From IMG/VR virus record IMGVR_UViG_3300017785_006837, positions 1 through 28,481 of that record: a DNA stretch of 28,481 bases. The stretch is one strand, 5' to 3'. The position numbers and the translations under genes were made by a program. Position 1 is the stretch's first letter. Each line of letters begins with the position of its first letter. Positions 10,082 through 17,610 of the stretch are shown here, one piece after another. The DNA comes from a virus (Duplodnaviria; Caudoviricetes). The notes beneath the pieces are model-generated. The model was given only the letters and a program-made list of their open reading frames with translations, did no database searches and was not told where the DNA came from.

Positions 10082-12124
10082 TTATATTAATAAGGAATTC
10101 CATTTATCTCCTTGGTCAGTATAGCTTTTGTTTTCATCAAATACTCCCAGTTCCTTAAACCATTCATTTTCAGTAAATGACTTAGTTCTTTTTTCCTCTG
10201 TTTTAACAATTTGCTTTCTAATTGAAGTATCTAAAATCAAAACTGCCCTCATAGTTGATATTCTATCGAAGTTACCATCAGGATTATATTTAATTAATTC
10301 TTCAATCAATCCTGTACTTCTAAGTCTATGTAAATTTTTGAGTTCGCTTCCTGGTTCTAATTCTTCTAAAAGCCAATCATTAATAAGTTCATTACCCCAA
10401 TCATTAGTGTACTTTGTAGCTTTATAACCAAAGGATGTATTAAGTCCAGGTTTCCATTCAGTTCTATCTCTAATTGATAAAGGTGTTTCAGCAAGCATAT
10501 GCAAGCTGTTTTTGTTTTCAAAATAGTTTACAATCCCAATCTTATTAATCTCTGGGAAACCTAAACCATGTGCATTGTAATAAATAATAAGCTTTCTAAA
10601 GATTTCATATAACTCAGAAGCTCTTCTTCTACCTGTATATTCAGCTACTATTCTTCTAGTTAATCTATCAAACACTAGTACACACCCTAAAGAGTCTGAT
10701 TGTACTACTTGATCATCATCATAAGGGTCACAAGATACAATATACCTTCTAGCATATACTCTCCCAACATCATCTCTTTGAGGCTGTTCAAATATTTCTA
10801 AACAACCAGTTATATCTTCTTCTTTCCCAATAGGGTATCTTCTTAGAGGAGTTTTTTCTAAAGTAATCTTTTGTTCAATCTCCCCACTTTCTGTATTAAC
10901 CCCTAAATCACCAACCCAATTAGATAAAACAAACTTCTCAACATTAGATGTAATTTCCCCTAATCTTTCCTTTAAAAGGATAGTAGGGAATGTATTACCT
11001 GCTGTAATTAAGAAACCTTCTGATGGAATCAATGGATATTCTGTAATAGATGTTCTAGCAAACTTTTTAGATCTACGATAGTTAAGTACATCCTCTTTAC
11101 CAGCTAATTCATTAGAGTTACCTTCTTCATCAACTAGTTTAATTGGTTTACCTGTTGCATCTAGAATAATGTTTTTCTTATCATCTTTAAGGACACCAAA
11201 TCTTTGTTTAGAAGCTGGGAGAAACCATCCACACTTTTGATTAATTTTATCTTCTTCCCATATATTATCAAATGCTAGTAATCCATATTTCTCTGGATCA
11301 TAAAACATTTGAGAGAATGCAATAGCCCCTTTCCCCATATCACCACCAGTACCAAATAGAATTGGGGTTCCAACCATCTCATTACCATCCATCCATGTAG
11401 GTTCTGTAAGAGCAAATGATTCTAGAACATTATCAAACTGACCACACTCTTCAAAAAAGAATAATGATGTTGATTTACCTGCTGATGCCCCAGGATTATC
11501 TTTAAAAGTCAATCTCCATATTTCAGACATATAACCTTTCCAAACTTTTCTACCATCAGTTTCAGTAACTTGATGTTGAGCTTTACAATAGTCTTTGTTA
11601 AGCTGATCTGGGTTTCTAGGTTTATTCCAACAAGTGTGTTCAACTAAAAAGTTTAAGTTAGTCATTACTGCCCCAATAAAAGGACCACTCCATTTATTTT
11701 CATAAGCACCTACACAAGTTACAGAGTCTCTATAGAAATTATATTCATGAGTAGCTAATCCAGCATTTTTATAAGAGAAACCTGTTCTTCTAGGTTTTAG
11801 TAATATAATACCTCTTCTGTTTTCAGGATCTCTAGCCTTTTTAAAGATATTAAAGTACTCTAAATCCACATCTGTAAACAAAGGGAAACCCTCTATCTTT
11901 CTACCAGTAACAGGATTCCTAACCCTCATTCTAGTAAAGTTTAAATAGAAATAATACTCACCAGGAATAGTTACATTCCCAATGGTTACCCCATTTAAAC
12001 ATTTATTTGTTTCGTTATCCCAGAAATCATAGTATGCTCTAGTACCTCTAAGGGCTTTAGTGTATACACCATTTTTTTCAAAATAGTCTCTTGTTTCTAA
12101 GAATGCTTTTGTATTACTTAACAT
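10082..12124 (-). CDS. terL: Terminase large subunit
   Basis: Walker A-type LLKPRRTGFSYK, Walker B FFFEECG, motif III GTGG, RNase H-like nuclease motifs SCDPYDD and NFDRIS. Confidence 0.93.
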   Translation of the reverse strand: MLSNTKAFLETRDYFEKNGVYTKALRGTRAYYDFWDNETNKCLNGVTIGNVTIPGEYYFYLNFTRMRVRNPVTGRKIEGFPLFTDVDLEYFNIFKKARDPENRRGIILLKPRRTGFSYKNAGLATHEYNFYRDSVTCVGAYENKWSGPFIGAVMTNLNFLVEHTCWNKPRNPDQLNKDYCKAQHQVTETDGRKVWKGYMSEIWRLTFKDNPGASAGKSTSLFFFEECGQFDNVLESFALTEPTWMDGNEMVGTPILFGTGGDMGKGAIAFSQMFYDPEKYGLLAFDNIWEEDKINQKCGWFLPASKQRFGVLKDDKKNIILDATGKPIKLVDEEGNSNELAGKEDVLNYRRSKKFARTSITEYPLIPSEGFLITAGNTFPTILLKERLGEITSNVEKFVLSNWVGDLGVNTESGEIEQKITLEKTPLRRYPIGKEEDITGCLEIFEQPQRDDVGRVYARRYIVSCDPYDDDQVVQSDSLGCVLVFDRLTRRIVAEYTGRRRASELYEIFRKLIIYYNAHGLGFPEINKIGIVNYFENKNSLHMLAETPLSIRDRTEWKPGLNTSFGYKATKYTNDWGNELINDWLLEELEPGSELKNLHRLRSTGLIEELIKYNPDGNFDRISTMRAVLILDTSIRKQIVKTEEKRTKSFTENEWFKELGVFDENKSYTDQGDKWNSLLI

Positions 12125-12645
12125 TATGAATTATATCTATCTTCAATATCAACATCCCCTCTAACTCTACCTTTAGTAGCTTCTTTTTCTTTCTTAACAG
12201 TTTTCTCTAACCCTTGATACTCATTAATAAACTTACTGAACTTAGACATCATATCTAGTTTAGTTTTAAGTTCATCAGGATCAATAGTTTTTTCATTTAG
12301 ATAATCTGTAATATCCTGAATACTATTTTTAGTTGATTCTAATAATCTCTCTAAAGGGGATAACACTAATCTTTTATAAATAGATCTAGCTTCATCAATC
12401 TCTTTAGTTACTTTAAACTTCTTATCTACAAGTACTTCCTCAATAACCCTAGCATCCTTTTCTTCTAAAGAATGATCTGCATAAGGACTATTGGAATCAG
12501 ATGTATGGTAAATAAAAGTAATAGCATCATTAGCATAAGTCTTGTCTTTGGATTTATCTTTTGTAAAGATATTCTTGAATATCTCAATAGATAAAGTTTC
12601 TGGGGTAATAAATACATTGTGATCTTTTATATCGAATACTTTCAT
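12124..12645 (-). CDS. Helical protein upstream of terL; candidate terminase small subunit
   Basis: 173 aa, helical, C-terminal RVRGD; translationally coupled to terL (TAATG). Confidence 0.5.
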   Translation of the reverse strand: MKVFDIKDHNVFITPETLSIEIFKNIFTKDKSKDKTYANDAITFIYHTSDSNSPYADHSLEEKDARVIEEVLVDKKFKVTKEIDEARSIYKRLVLSPLERLLESTKNSIQDITDYLNEKTIDPDELKTKLDMMSKFSKFINEYQGLEKTVKKEKEATKGRVRGDVDIEDRYNS

Positions 12646-13037
12646 TTTAAATTTTCTAGCTTATAAATTACATGGTAACATTCTTGAATAATAGCATCTA
12701 GTTGGTTTGTTAAAAAACCATCTTTAAAAAGATCATAACATCCTTCAAAGTAAACTACTCTATTTTTAATAAAAGTTAGAAAAGGAGAACCATCAGTTAC
12801 CCCTGTAATTTGAAATTCTTTTACTCCAGATTTACCAAAGTATGTTTCAATGAAAGTATCTAGTTGACCTTCAAAGCTTTCATAGAAACTTGCTAATGCC
12901 ATATGTTCAGCATTACTTTTATTCTTAGCTTGAAGGTGTGCTTTCTTAGCTGTATTTAAGACTTCAAACAAAGTAGTCATAAATGTTGGTACATTATTCT
13001 TCGCTAGTGTCTGTGTTATTTTTTTCAGGTCTGTCAT
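12642..13037 (-). CDS. Ferritin/Dps-like four-helix protein (DUF5856-like)
   Basis: H-x-Q...H-x-AL-xx-FY...D-x-F-x-E-x-Y-x-G pattern and C-terminal YKLENLK. Confidence 0.7.
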   Translation of the reverse strand: MTDLKKITQTLAKNNVPTFMTTLFEVLNTAKKAHLQAKNKSNAEHMALASFYESFEGQLDTFIETYFGKSGVKEFQITGVTDGSPFLTFIKNRVVYFEGCYDLFKDGFLTNQLDAIIQECYHVIYKLENLK

Positions 13038-13254
13038 AAATCTTTTTTGCTTTAATAGAATTTGTTACAAATTTACCAAATTTTGGGATAAGAAATACAT
13101 TGTGTGTTTCTGGGTTGGTATAATCAAATTCTTTAGTTTTTTGTACCATAGTTCTAAAATCTGATTCAAATACTTCTTTAACTTTATTAAAGGGGATATT
13201 TAGCTTTCTAGAAATTTTACTAATAAGCACTTCTTGTTCTAATGTTAATGTCAT
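12994..13254 (-). CDS. HU/IHF-like DNA-binding protein
   Basis: LISKISRKLNIPFNKVKEVF helix-turn-helix plus FLIPKFGKF beta-arm motif. Confidence 0.75.
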   Translation of the reverse strand: MTLTLEQEVLISKISRKLNIPFNKVKEVFESDFRTMVQKTKEFDYTNPETHNVFLIPKFGKFVTNSIKAKKIYDRPEKNNTDTSEE

Positions 13255-13550
13255 TTTTTAAATCCTTTTATCTCAATTTTTTTATGGAGAAGTTCTTTAA
13301 ATCTATGAAGTTCATCCATAGAATGCTTTACAACAATCCATCCATCATTGGTCCTTAAAAGGGCTTTTGATTTATAAGGTTTATTAGTTCTAGGGTTTAT
13401 AATTTCTCTAAAGGTGTAGATATCATCTACTTCCATTTTATAGATACTTTGCCCAATAACTTTATCAAAGGGGATCTCCTGCATAACACCATCAATCTCC
13501 TGTTTAATAATTATTGTTTTAACCCTATCTTCTAAACCCTTAACTATCAT
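13251..13550 (-). CDS. Hypothetical protein (weak LytTR/FlbD-like beta fold)
   Basis: 99 aa; MEVDDIYTF...LRTNDGWIVVKHSMDEL pattern; ATGA-coupled. Confidence 0.5.
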   Translation of the reverse strand: MIVKGLEDRVKTIIIKQEIDGVMQEIPFDKVIGQSIYKMEVDDIYTFREIINPRTNKPYKSKALLRTNDGWIVVKHSMDELHRFKELLHKKIEIKGFKK

Positions 13551-13819
13551 ATAGCTACATAACTATTAATGTATGTATTCCAATAAAGATTGGCAGATTC
13601 TTTATAAAATGCATCTTGTTCTTTTATTGTGTTATGACCCTTGGTAATTAATGCAAATACTAAACAATACCTACTATCTTCTAAACAGTATATTTTCCAA
13701 ATAGGTTGATACTTTCTATTCTTAGCAATGAACTTCCTAGCCATTGTTTGATATACGTTTAGCTTTTCAATTACTTCCCCTTCAGAGAAGCCAATGTACA
13801 TATTAGGTGCTGTTTTCAT
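13547..13819 (-). CDS. Hypothetical protein
   Basis: 90-aa ORF tightly packed in the operon. Confidence 0.65.
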   Translation of the reverse strand: MKTAPNMYIGFSEGEVIEKLNVYQTMARKFIAKNRKYQPIWKIYCLEDSRYCLVFALITKGHNTIKEQDAFYKESANLYWNTYINSYVAI

Positions 13820-13825
13820 AACTAC

Positions 13826-14047
13826 TTAATTTTTAGGATCATCATCATCTTTATAAATTACTTTAATACTAGTTTTAGGAATCCAAGCTCCTTTTCTCCC
13901 TAGCCTTTTATCAAAGATAAAGGTAATTAATTGTTTGTTGATTTCCAAAGATTGTTCATTACTTGTAGTAATATCTCCCTTTTTATATGCATGATTAACT
14001 GCTAGCAAGCAGCTATTAAGTTGGTCTTCTGTTAATATTGGAATCAT
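13826..14047 (-). CDS. Hypothetical protein
   Basis: 73-aa ORF, ATGA-coupled. Confidence 0.65.
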   Translation of the reverse strand: MIPILTEDQLNSCLLAVNHAYKKGDITTSNEQSLEINKQLITFIFDKRLGRKGAWIPKTSIKVIYKDDDDPKN

Positions 14048-14238
14048 TGTCTGTTTAATGTTTTGTTTTTACATCCTCTAACCTTAGTGTTATCAAATGT
14101 CCATATCTCATTATTGTCTAGAATCATTGTAAAGTACAAATGGCTTTCAGGACCATAATCAATAACTAAAAAAGCCCATCCCTCAATATCCAAATGAGGT
14201 ACATAAAAAGGGATGGGTGGATTTAGTTGTGTTATCAT
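14044..14238 (-). CDS. Small phage protein of unknown function
   Basis: 64 aa; QLNPPIP...IDYG.E...EIW...N..VR pattern; ATGA-coupled. Confidence 0.7.
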   Translation of the reverse strand: MITQLNPPIPFYVPHLDIEGWAFLVIDYGPESHLYFTMILDNNEIWTFDNTKVRGCKNKTLNRQ

Positions 14239-14612
14239 TTAGAGGTTACTTCAACCATCTTAGTTGATTGCCATGTATATTCTTCAACAACATTTACATC
14301 ATTCCTAATAGAGAAAATATCATACTCATTAATAGACACTAGAGTTACTTCTCTACCATCTGCTTTAATCATATAACCAATTGATTTCTCAATAGCATTA
14401 TTCTTAACTAATACTGTATCCCCAGGTTGAATTTGATCTACCATAGGTCCTACAGCTAATACAAGATAACCTTTAAAATCTTTTTCTACACCTTGAGGCA
14501 TACCATTAGGGAGGAACAATCCACCTTCTGTTTGATCCTTCTGTACAATTTCAATCAAGAATGATTTACCAATAGGGGTAAATGGAATTAAGTTTTTTCT
14601 TTTCTCTGTCAT
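14235..14612 (-). CDS. groES: Co-chaperonin GroES-like protein
   Basis: PIGKSFLI, mobile-loop TEGGLFLP, GYLVLAVGP and PGDTVLV motifs; start set at ATG 14612 (MTEKRK). Confidence 0.8.
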   Translation of the reverse strand: MTEKRKNLIPFTPIGKSFLIEIVQKDQTEGGLFLPNGMPQGVEKDFKGYLVLAVGPMVDQIQPGDTVLVKNNAIEKSIGYMIKADGREVTLVSINEYDIFSIRNDVNVVEEYTWQSTKMVEVTSK

Positions 14613-14616
14613 AATT

Positions 14617-14781
14617 TTAATTATTAATGTAACTATCAATAAGATCTTTCTCTTGTTTAGTAAGATCTTTTATAAGTTTACTCTGTTCTATTTCCCTAAT
14701 AATGTTCTTTAGTTGATAGAAATTTATCTTACCCTTTTGAAGGTAAATATTCAATTGTTGTCTAACTGTGTTTTCATTCAT
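14617..14781 (-). CDS. Small hypothetical protein, first gene of the late arm
   Basis: MNENTVRQQ...; ATG at 14781 lies just downstream of a consensus promoter. Confidence 0.6.
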   Translation of the reverse strand: MNENTVRQQLNIYLQKGKINFYQLKNIIREIEQSKLIKDLTKQEKDLIDSYINN

Positions 14782-14788
14782 CGTGAGA

Positions 14789-14819
14789 CAAATGTACAAC
14801 TATACTAACCTGTTGTCAA
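14789..14819 (-). promoter_or_regulatory. Bacteroidota housekeeping promoter (-33 TTG, -7 TACATTTG)
   Basis: Minus strand TTG-N20-TACATTTG, matching the TTG/TAnnTTTG consensus and spacing. Confidence 0.75.
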
Positions 14820-14841
14820 GAAAAAAATGATTGCTAATACT

Positions 14842-14854
14842 TAAGTGATTGATT
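14842..14854 (-). promoter_or_regulatory. IHF-type binding site
   Basis: Minus strand AATCAA-TCAC-TTA matches WATCAANNNNTTR. Confidence 0.45.
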
Positions 14855-14904
14855 TACAGAGTAATTAATTTTCCTTAAAGCAGTAATGCTATTGAAGAAT
14901 AAAC

Positions 14905-15160
14905 ATAAAAACCCCCTAGAGACTATCTCCTTTTTTAAAAATTCAAAAAGCTTCTCTTAACAGTTGGTGTTTAGCCCAGTTCTACTCTTTCCCTTACACT
15001 ATGGTGGTAGTCCTGTTAATTGAAGTTTTCTTTGTGTACCTATTGGAGAAACCTCAGCCCTATGTTTAGTCTTTATTTCAGACCTGGACCTACTATCCAA
15101 CTTCTAACCTGCTATTTATCTGTTGAGACCCTCACAGGTGGTTTGTATATAATACAAAGT
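14905..15160 (-). ncRNA. Putative structured ncRNA or cis element (family unassigned)
   Basis: No long ORF; more GC-rich than flanks; multiple stems (ACCUG/CAGGU, AGUUGG/CCAACU, GGUCCAG/CUGGGCU, GAGGUUUC/GAAAACUUC); upstream promoter. Confidence 0.55.
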
Positions 15161-15166
15161 ACTTGG

Positions 15167-15197
15167 CAAAGGTAAACTTAAATTTTTTATTTTCAAA
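15167..15197 (-). promoter_or_regulatory. Bacteroidota promoter (TTTG-N19-TACCTTTG) facing the non-coding element
   Basis: Consensus -33/-7 elements with correct spacing. Confidence 0.6.
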
Positions 15198-15301
15198 ATT
15201 TTTTTTAAAATTTTTTATAGTTGTGTTAGCGTGTAGTAACTCCCACCAACACCCTACCTTAGTTTTAGCGATGTTGCTACCTCACACATAAAATGTTAAA
15301 A

Positions 15302-15565
15302 ATGAAAACTGTTTCAATTTCTAAAAATTCTCCATTTGCAATTAGTAAATCAGGTAAAATTATGTTCATTGATGGTGACATCAATATTAGAACTAATTTG
15401 ACATCTTTACCTGATTATGTTGGTGGATTGCAGTACAATCCTGCTGATGTTCAGGATTATAATGGCGGTAAGTATGTTAATGGTCAATTGATCTTGGGCA
15501 TTAATCCAATCTACCAAGATAAAATCAATTTCTTAAAAGAGGCAGGCATTGCGCTTAGCATTTAA
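15302..15565 (+). CDS. First early-arm gene, hypothetical protein
   Basis: ORF (start 15293 or 15302) with its own terminator. Confidence 0.75.
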   Translation: MKTVSISKNSPFAISKSGKIMFIDGDINIRTNLTSLPDYVGGLQYNPADVQDYNGGKYVNGQLILGINPIYQDKINFLKEAGIALSI

Positions 15566-15566
15566 A

Positions 15567-15595
15567 GGATTGGGGCTTCGCCCCAACCTTTTTTT
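15567..15595 (+). terminator. Rho-independent terminator
   Basis: TTGGGGC-TTC-GCCCCAA stem followed by CCTTTTTTT. Confidence 0.9.
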
Positions 15596-15633
15596 ATATA
15601 TAATAACATATGTATAAAGCTAAATTAATCTTG

Positions 15634-15646
15634 TAACTAGTTGATA
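15634..15646 (-). promoter_or_regulatory. IHF-type binding site
   Basis: Minus strand TATCAA-CTAG-TTA matches WATCAANNNNTTR. Confidence 0.45.
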
Positions 15647-15676
15647 GTTAGTGTTGTAGGTGGATGATTATCAATC

Positions 15677-15698
15677 TACCCACATTTTACCCACATTT
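15677..15698. repeat. Perfect 11-bp tandem repeat (TACCCACATTT)x2
   Basis: Directly visible in an intergenic region. Confidence 0.85.
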
Positions 15699-15763
15699 GC
15701 AAACAATCAATAATTCCACTCATTGTAGAATTATATAGCTTTTCACCCTTTAAAACTTTTAAG

Positions 15764-15919
15764 ATGAAAGATCTTTTCAAATGCTCACTTGATGAACTTT
15801 TAACAGAACGTCAATCTGCTATTGAAGCAGGAAACATTGCAAGATACAGAGAATGTAATGAACTTATTAGTACTATGTACAACAATAAGGCTCAAACATC
15901 TTTAGGTTTAGCAAAATAA
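15764..15919 (+). CDS. Small hypothetical protein, 51 aa (MKDLFKCSLDELL...)
   Basis: Manually translated; preceded by the TTCAC-N17 leader motif. Confidence 0.7.
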   Translation: MKDLFKCSLDELLTERQSAIEAGNIARYRECNELISTMYNNKAQTSLGLAK

Positions 15920-15949
15920 CAAACGGTTGGTAAACCTTAAGCTTCCACT
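15916..15949 (+). repeat. GGTTGGTAAACC hairpin motif, copy 1
   Basis: ATAACAAACGGTTGGTAAACCTTAAGCTTCCACT; near-identical to 17249-17285. Confidence 0.75.
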
Positions 15950-16032
15950 CTGAAATGTTCCTTTGGACAGAGTATAAATAAATCCATAAATACAAGGAGT
16001 GCATGGTAGCTCAAACTCAAAAAACATTTGTA

Positions 16033-16191
16033 ATGAACTATTTAATAAAATACACAAGTGGACCTAACATTGGCAAATTTGCAACAATATCTAATGTAAC
16101 AAAAGATTGGACCAAATATATTGGTAAATCTACAAGTATATCATTAGGTAAAGATTTTTTTAAAGTTATTCAAGAAATTGAAATTCTCTAA
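16033..16191 (+). CDS. Small hypothetical protein
   Basis: ORF track 16003..16191; ATG 16033 preferred (A-rich leader). Confidence 0.6.
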   Translation: MNYLIKYTSGPNIGKFATISNVTKDWTKYIGKSTSISLGKDFFKVIQEIEIL

Positions 16192-16203
16192 AAACATTTG
16201 CAA

Positions 16204-16437
16204 ATGGGAAAAATTACATTTGAATCACACCCTGTTTCTTATATTCAATTACTTGAACAAGAAATAGAAGACAATCATCCTTCAAGATTAACAATTGAAG
16301 ATATTGAAGATATATCTGATAATTATCAAGCTAATCTTGAATATAAATGGTGGGAAAACGAACAACTTGAACTAATAGCAGATTTAAAATCAAAACTAAC
16401 TCCAAAACAGTTAGAATTGTACAATCAATTTAGTTAA
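16204..16437 (+). CDS. Small acidic hypothetical protein
   Basis: ORF track 16198..16437; ATG at 16204; Glu/Asp-rich. Confidence 0.7.
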   Translation: MGKITFESHPVSYIQLLEQEIEDNHPSRLTIEDIEDISDNYQANLEYKWWENEQLELIADLKSKLTPKQLELYNQFS

Positions 16438-16448
16438 TTAAAACTTTG

Positions 16449-16483
16449 AGTTCACCTGCGATAGCATCAATGGTGAACTTTTT
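16449..16483 (+). terminator. Hairpin plus U-tract (terminator or processing stem)
   Basis: AGTTCACC...GGTGAACT followed by TTTT. Confidence 0.6.
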
Positions 16484-16507
16484 CATTCACTTTTAAACTC
16501 AAACAAA

Positions 16508-16705
16508 ATGTCTGCAAAAACAACAAAAGGATTAAATATCCTGTTGATTACAATCTTTGTGATAATCCTAGTAGGATTCACACTAACCGCTTGTTTATTA
16601 GCGGTTAATGAACAAGAAATCGCATTACAATTTGTGACTGTAACAAGTTACATAGCATTACCATTGTTAATAGTGGCAATTATCATTGATTTAAAAACCA
16701 ACTAA
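16508..16705 (+). CDS. Small membrane protein (2 TM)
   Basis: Two hydrophobic segments. Confidence 0.75.
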   Translation: MSAKTTKGLNILLITIFVIILVGFTLTACLLAVNEQEIALQFVTVTSYIALPLLIVAIIIDLKTN

Positions 16706-16709
16706 ACAT

Positions 16710-16910
16710 ATGAAAATCTTTGCTAAAGGAGTAGCGATTTTTATCGCTAATGCAATGTTTACATTGCTGATAACAAGTCTGTTGAATTTCTTAATATCGC
16801 TAACCTTTATGGTAGACTTTATAGAAATTCAGCAAAGTGCAATATGGATATTTAGTGTTTTGTACTTCATAACAAGTACTATTTATCTGATCAGTATAGA
16901 ATGTGATTAA
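16710..16910 (+). CDS. Small membrane protein (2 TM)
   Basis: Two hydrophobic segments. Confidence 0.75.
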   Translation: MKIFAKGVAIFIANAMFTLLITSLLNFLISLTFMVDFIEIQQSAIWIFSVLYFITSTIYLISIECD

Positions 16911-16982
16911 TTGCTTTAAAAACTATTGCTCTGAAGTTCTCACATATTGTGAGTTTTATAGGATGCACAACACTCAAATAGA

Positions 16983-17252
16983 ATGAAGATTTTTGGAATT
17001 AAATCAATTATAATCAACGACTGCGTACTTCATACGTACAATGTTATGGTTAAAAACAGTAGCACCAATCTAGATATAATCAACCAAAGTGGATTAAAAT
17101 CTAGTGTAGCAGGTACACATGCAAATAGACTTAAACTGACTTATACAACATTAAATTTTGAAGAATTTAATGCTGAAACAAAAAAGTTAGGGAAAGTGCT
17201 AAAAGAAATTGCACAAGCTAAACTTGATACTAAATATCATTGGGTTAGATAA
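16983..17252 (+). CDS. Hypothetical protein
   Basis: 89-aa ORF. Confidence 0.65.
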   Translation: MKIFGIKSIIINDCVLHTYNVMVKNSSTNLDIINQSGLKSSVAGTHANRLKLTYTTLNFEEFNAETKKLGKVLKEIAQAKLDTKYHWVR

Positions 17253-17285
17253 CAAAAAGGTTGGTAAACCTTATAAGTTTCCATT
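17249..17285 (+). repeat. GGTTGGTAAACC hairpin motif, copy 2
   Basis: ATAACAAAAAGGTTGGTAAACCTTATAAGTTTCCATT. Confidence 0.75.
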
Positions 17286-17310
17286 TTTATTCACTTTAAT
17301 AACATTTGTT

Positions 17311-17568
17311 ATGCAAGATCTTTCACAATTGTCTAATATCCAATTAGAATTGGAATTAGTTAGGGTTAACAAATCAGTTGCCACTCATATAGCAGCTTTA
17401 GAAGACTTAAGTAAAATTTCTGAAGAGAAATATGGCTTAAGTCTTGATGCTTTATGGGAAGTAGATCAGAGTGAATGGGCAAAACGTCAAAGACTCATGG
17501 ATGAGTATCAATCAAGAATAAATGATCTTGGATTGAATGCTTTTGAATCAACACTTGGCGCAGAATGA
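17311..17568 (+). CDS. Helical hypothetical protein, 85 aa
   Basis: Start reassigned to ATG 17311 (MQDLSQLS), after the ATTCAC-N16 motif. Confidence 0.7.
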   Translation: MQDLSQLSNIQLELELVRVNKSVATHIAALEDLSKISEEKYGLSLDALWEVDQSEWAKRQRLMDEYQSRINDLGLNAFESTLGAE

Positions 17569-17610
17569 AATCAAAAGTAACATTTTTCTAACTTTTTAAA
17601 TCTTAAAACA

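Noticed and set aside
1910-10427. Short ORF-track entries 1910, 2769, 4854, 7700, 8183, 8244, 8446, 8994 and 10128
   Set aside because: Antisense or out-of-frame shadows inside well-supported structural genes
16508-16910. Holin/lysis cassette for the two 2-TM proteins
   Set aside because: They lie in the early arm with no endolysin or spanin nearby
17209-17310. N-terminal extensions given by the ORF track (also 1024-1074, 14613-14639, 18008-18055, 26259-26294)
   Set aside because: They overlap upstream genes, hairpins or terminators; downstream ATGs have typical A-rich leaders
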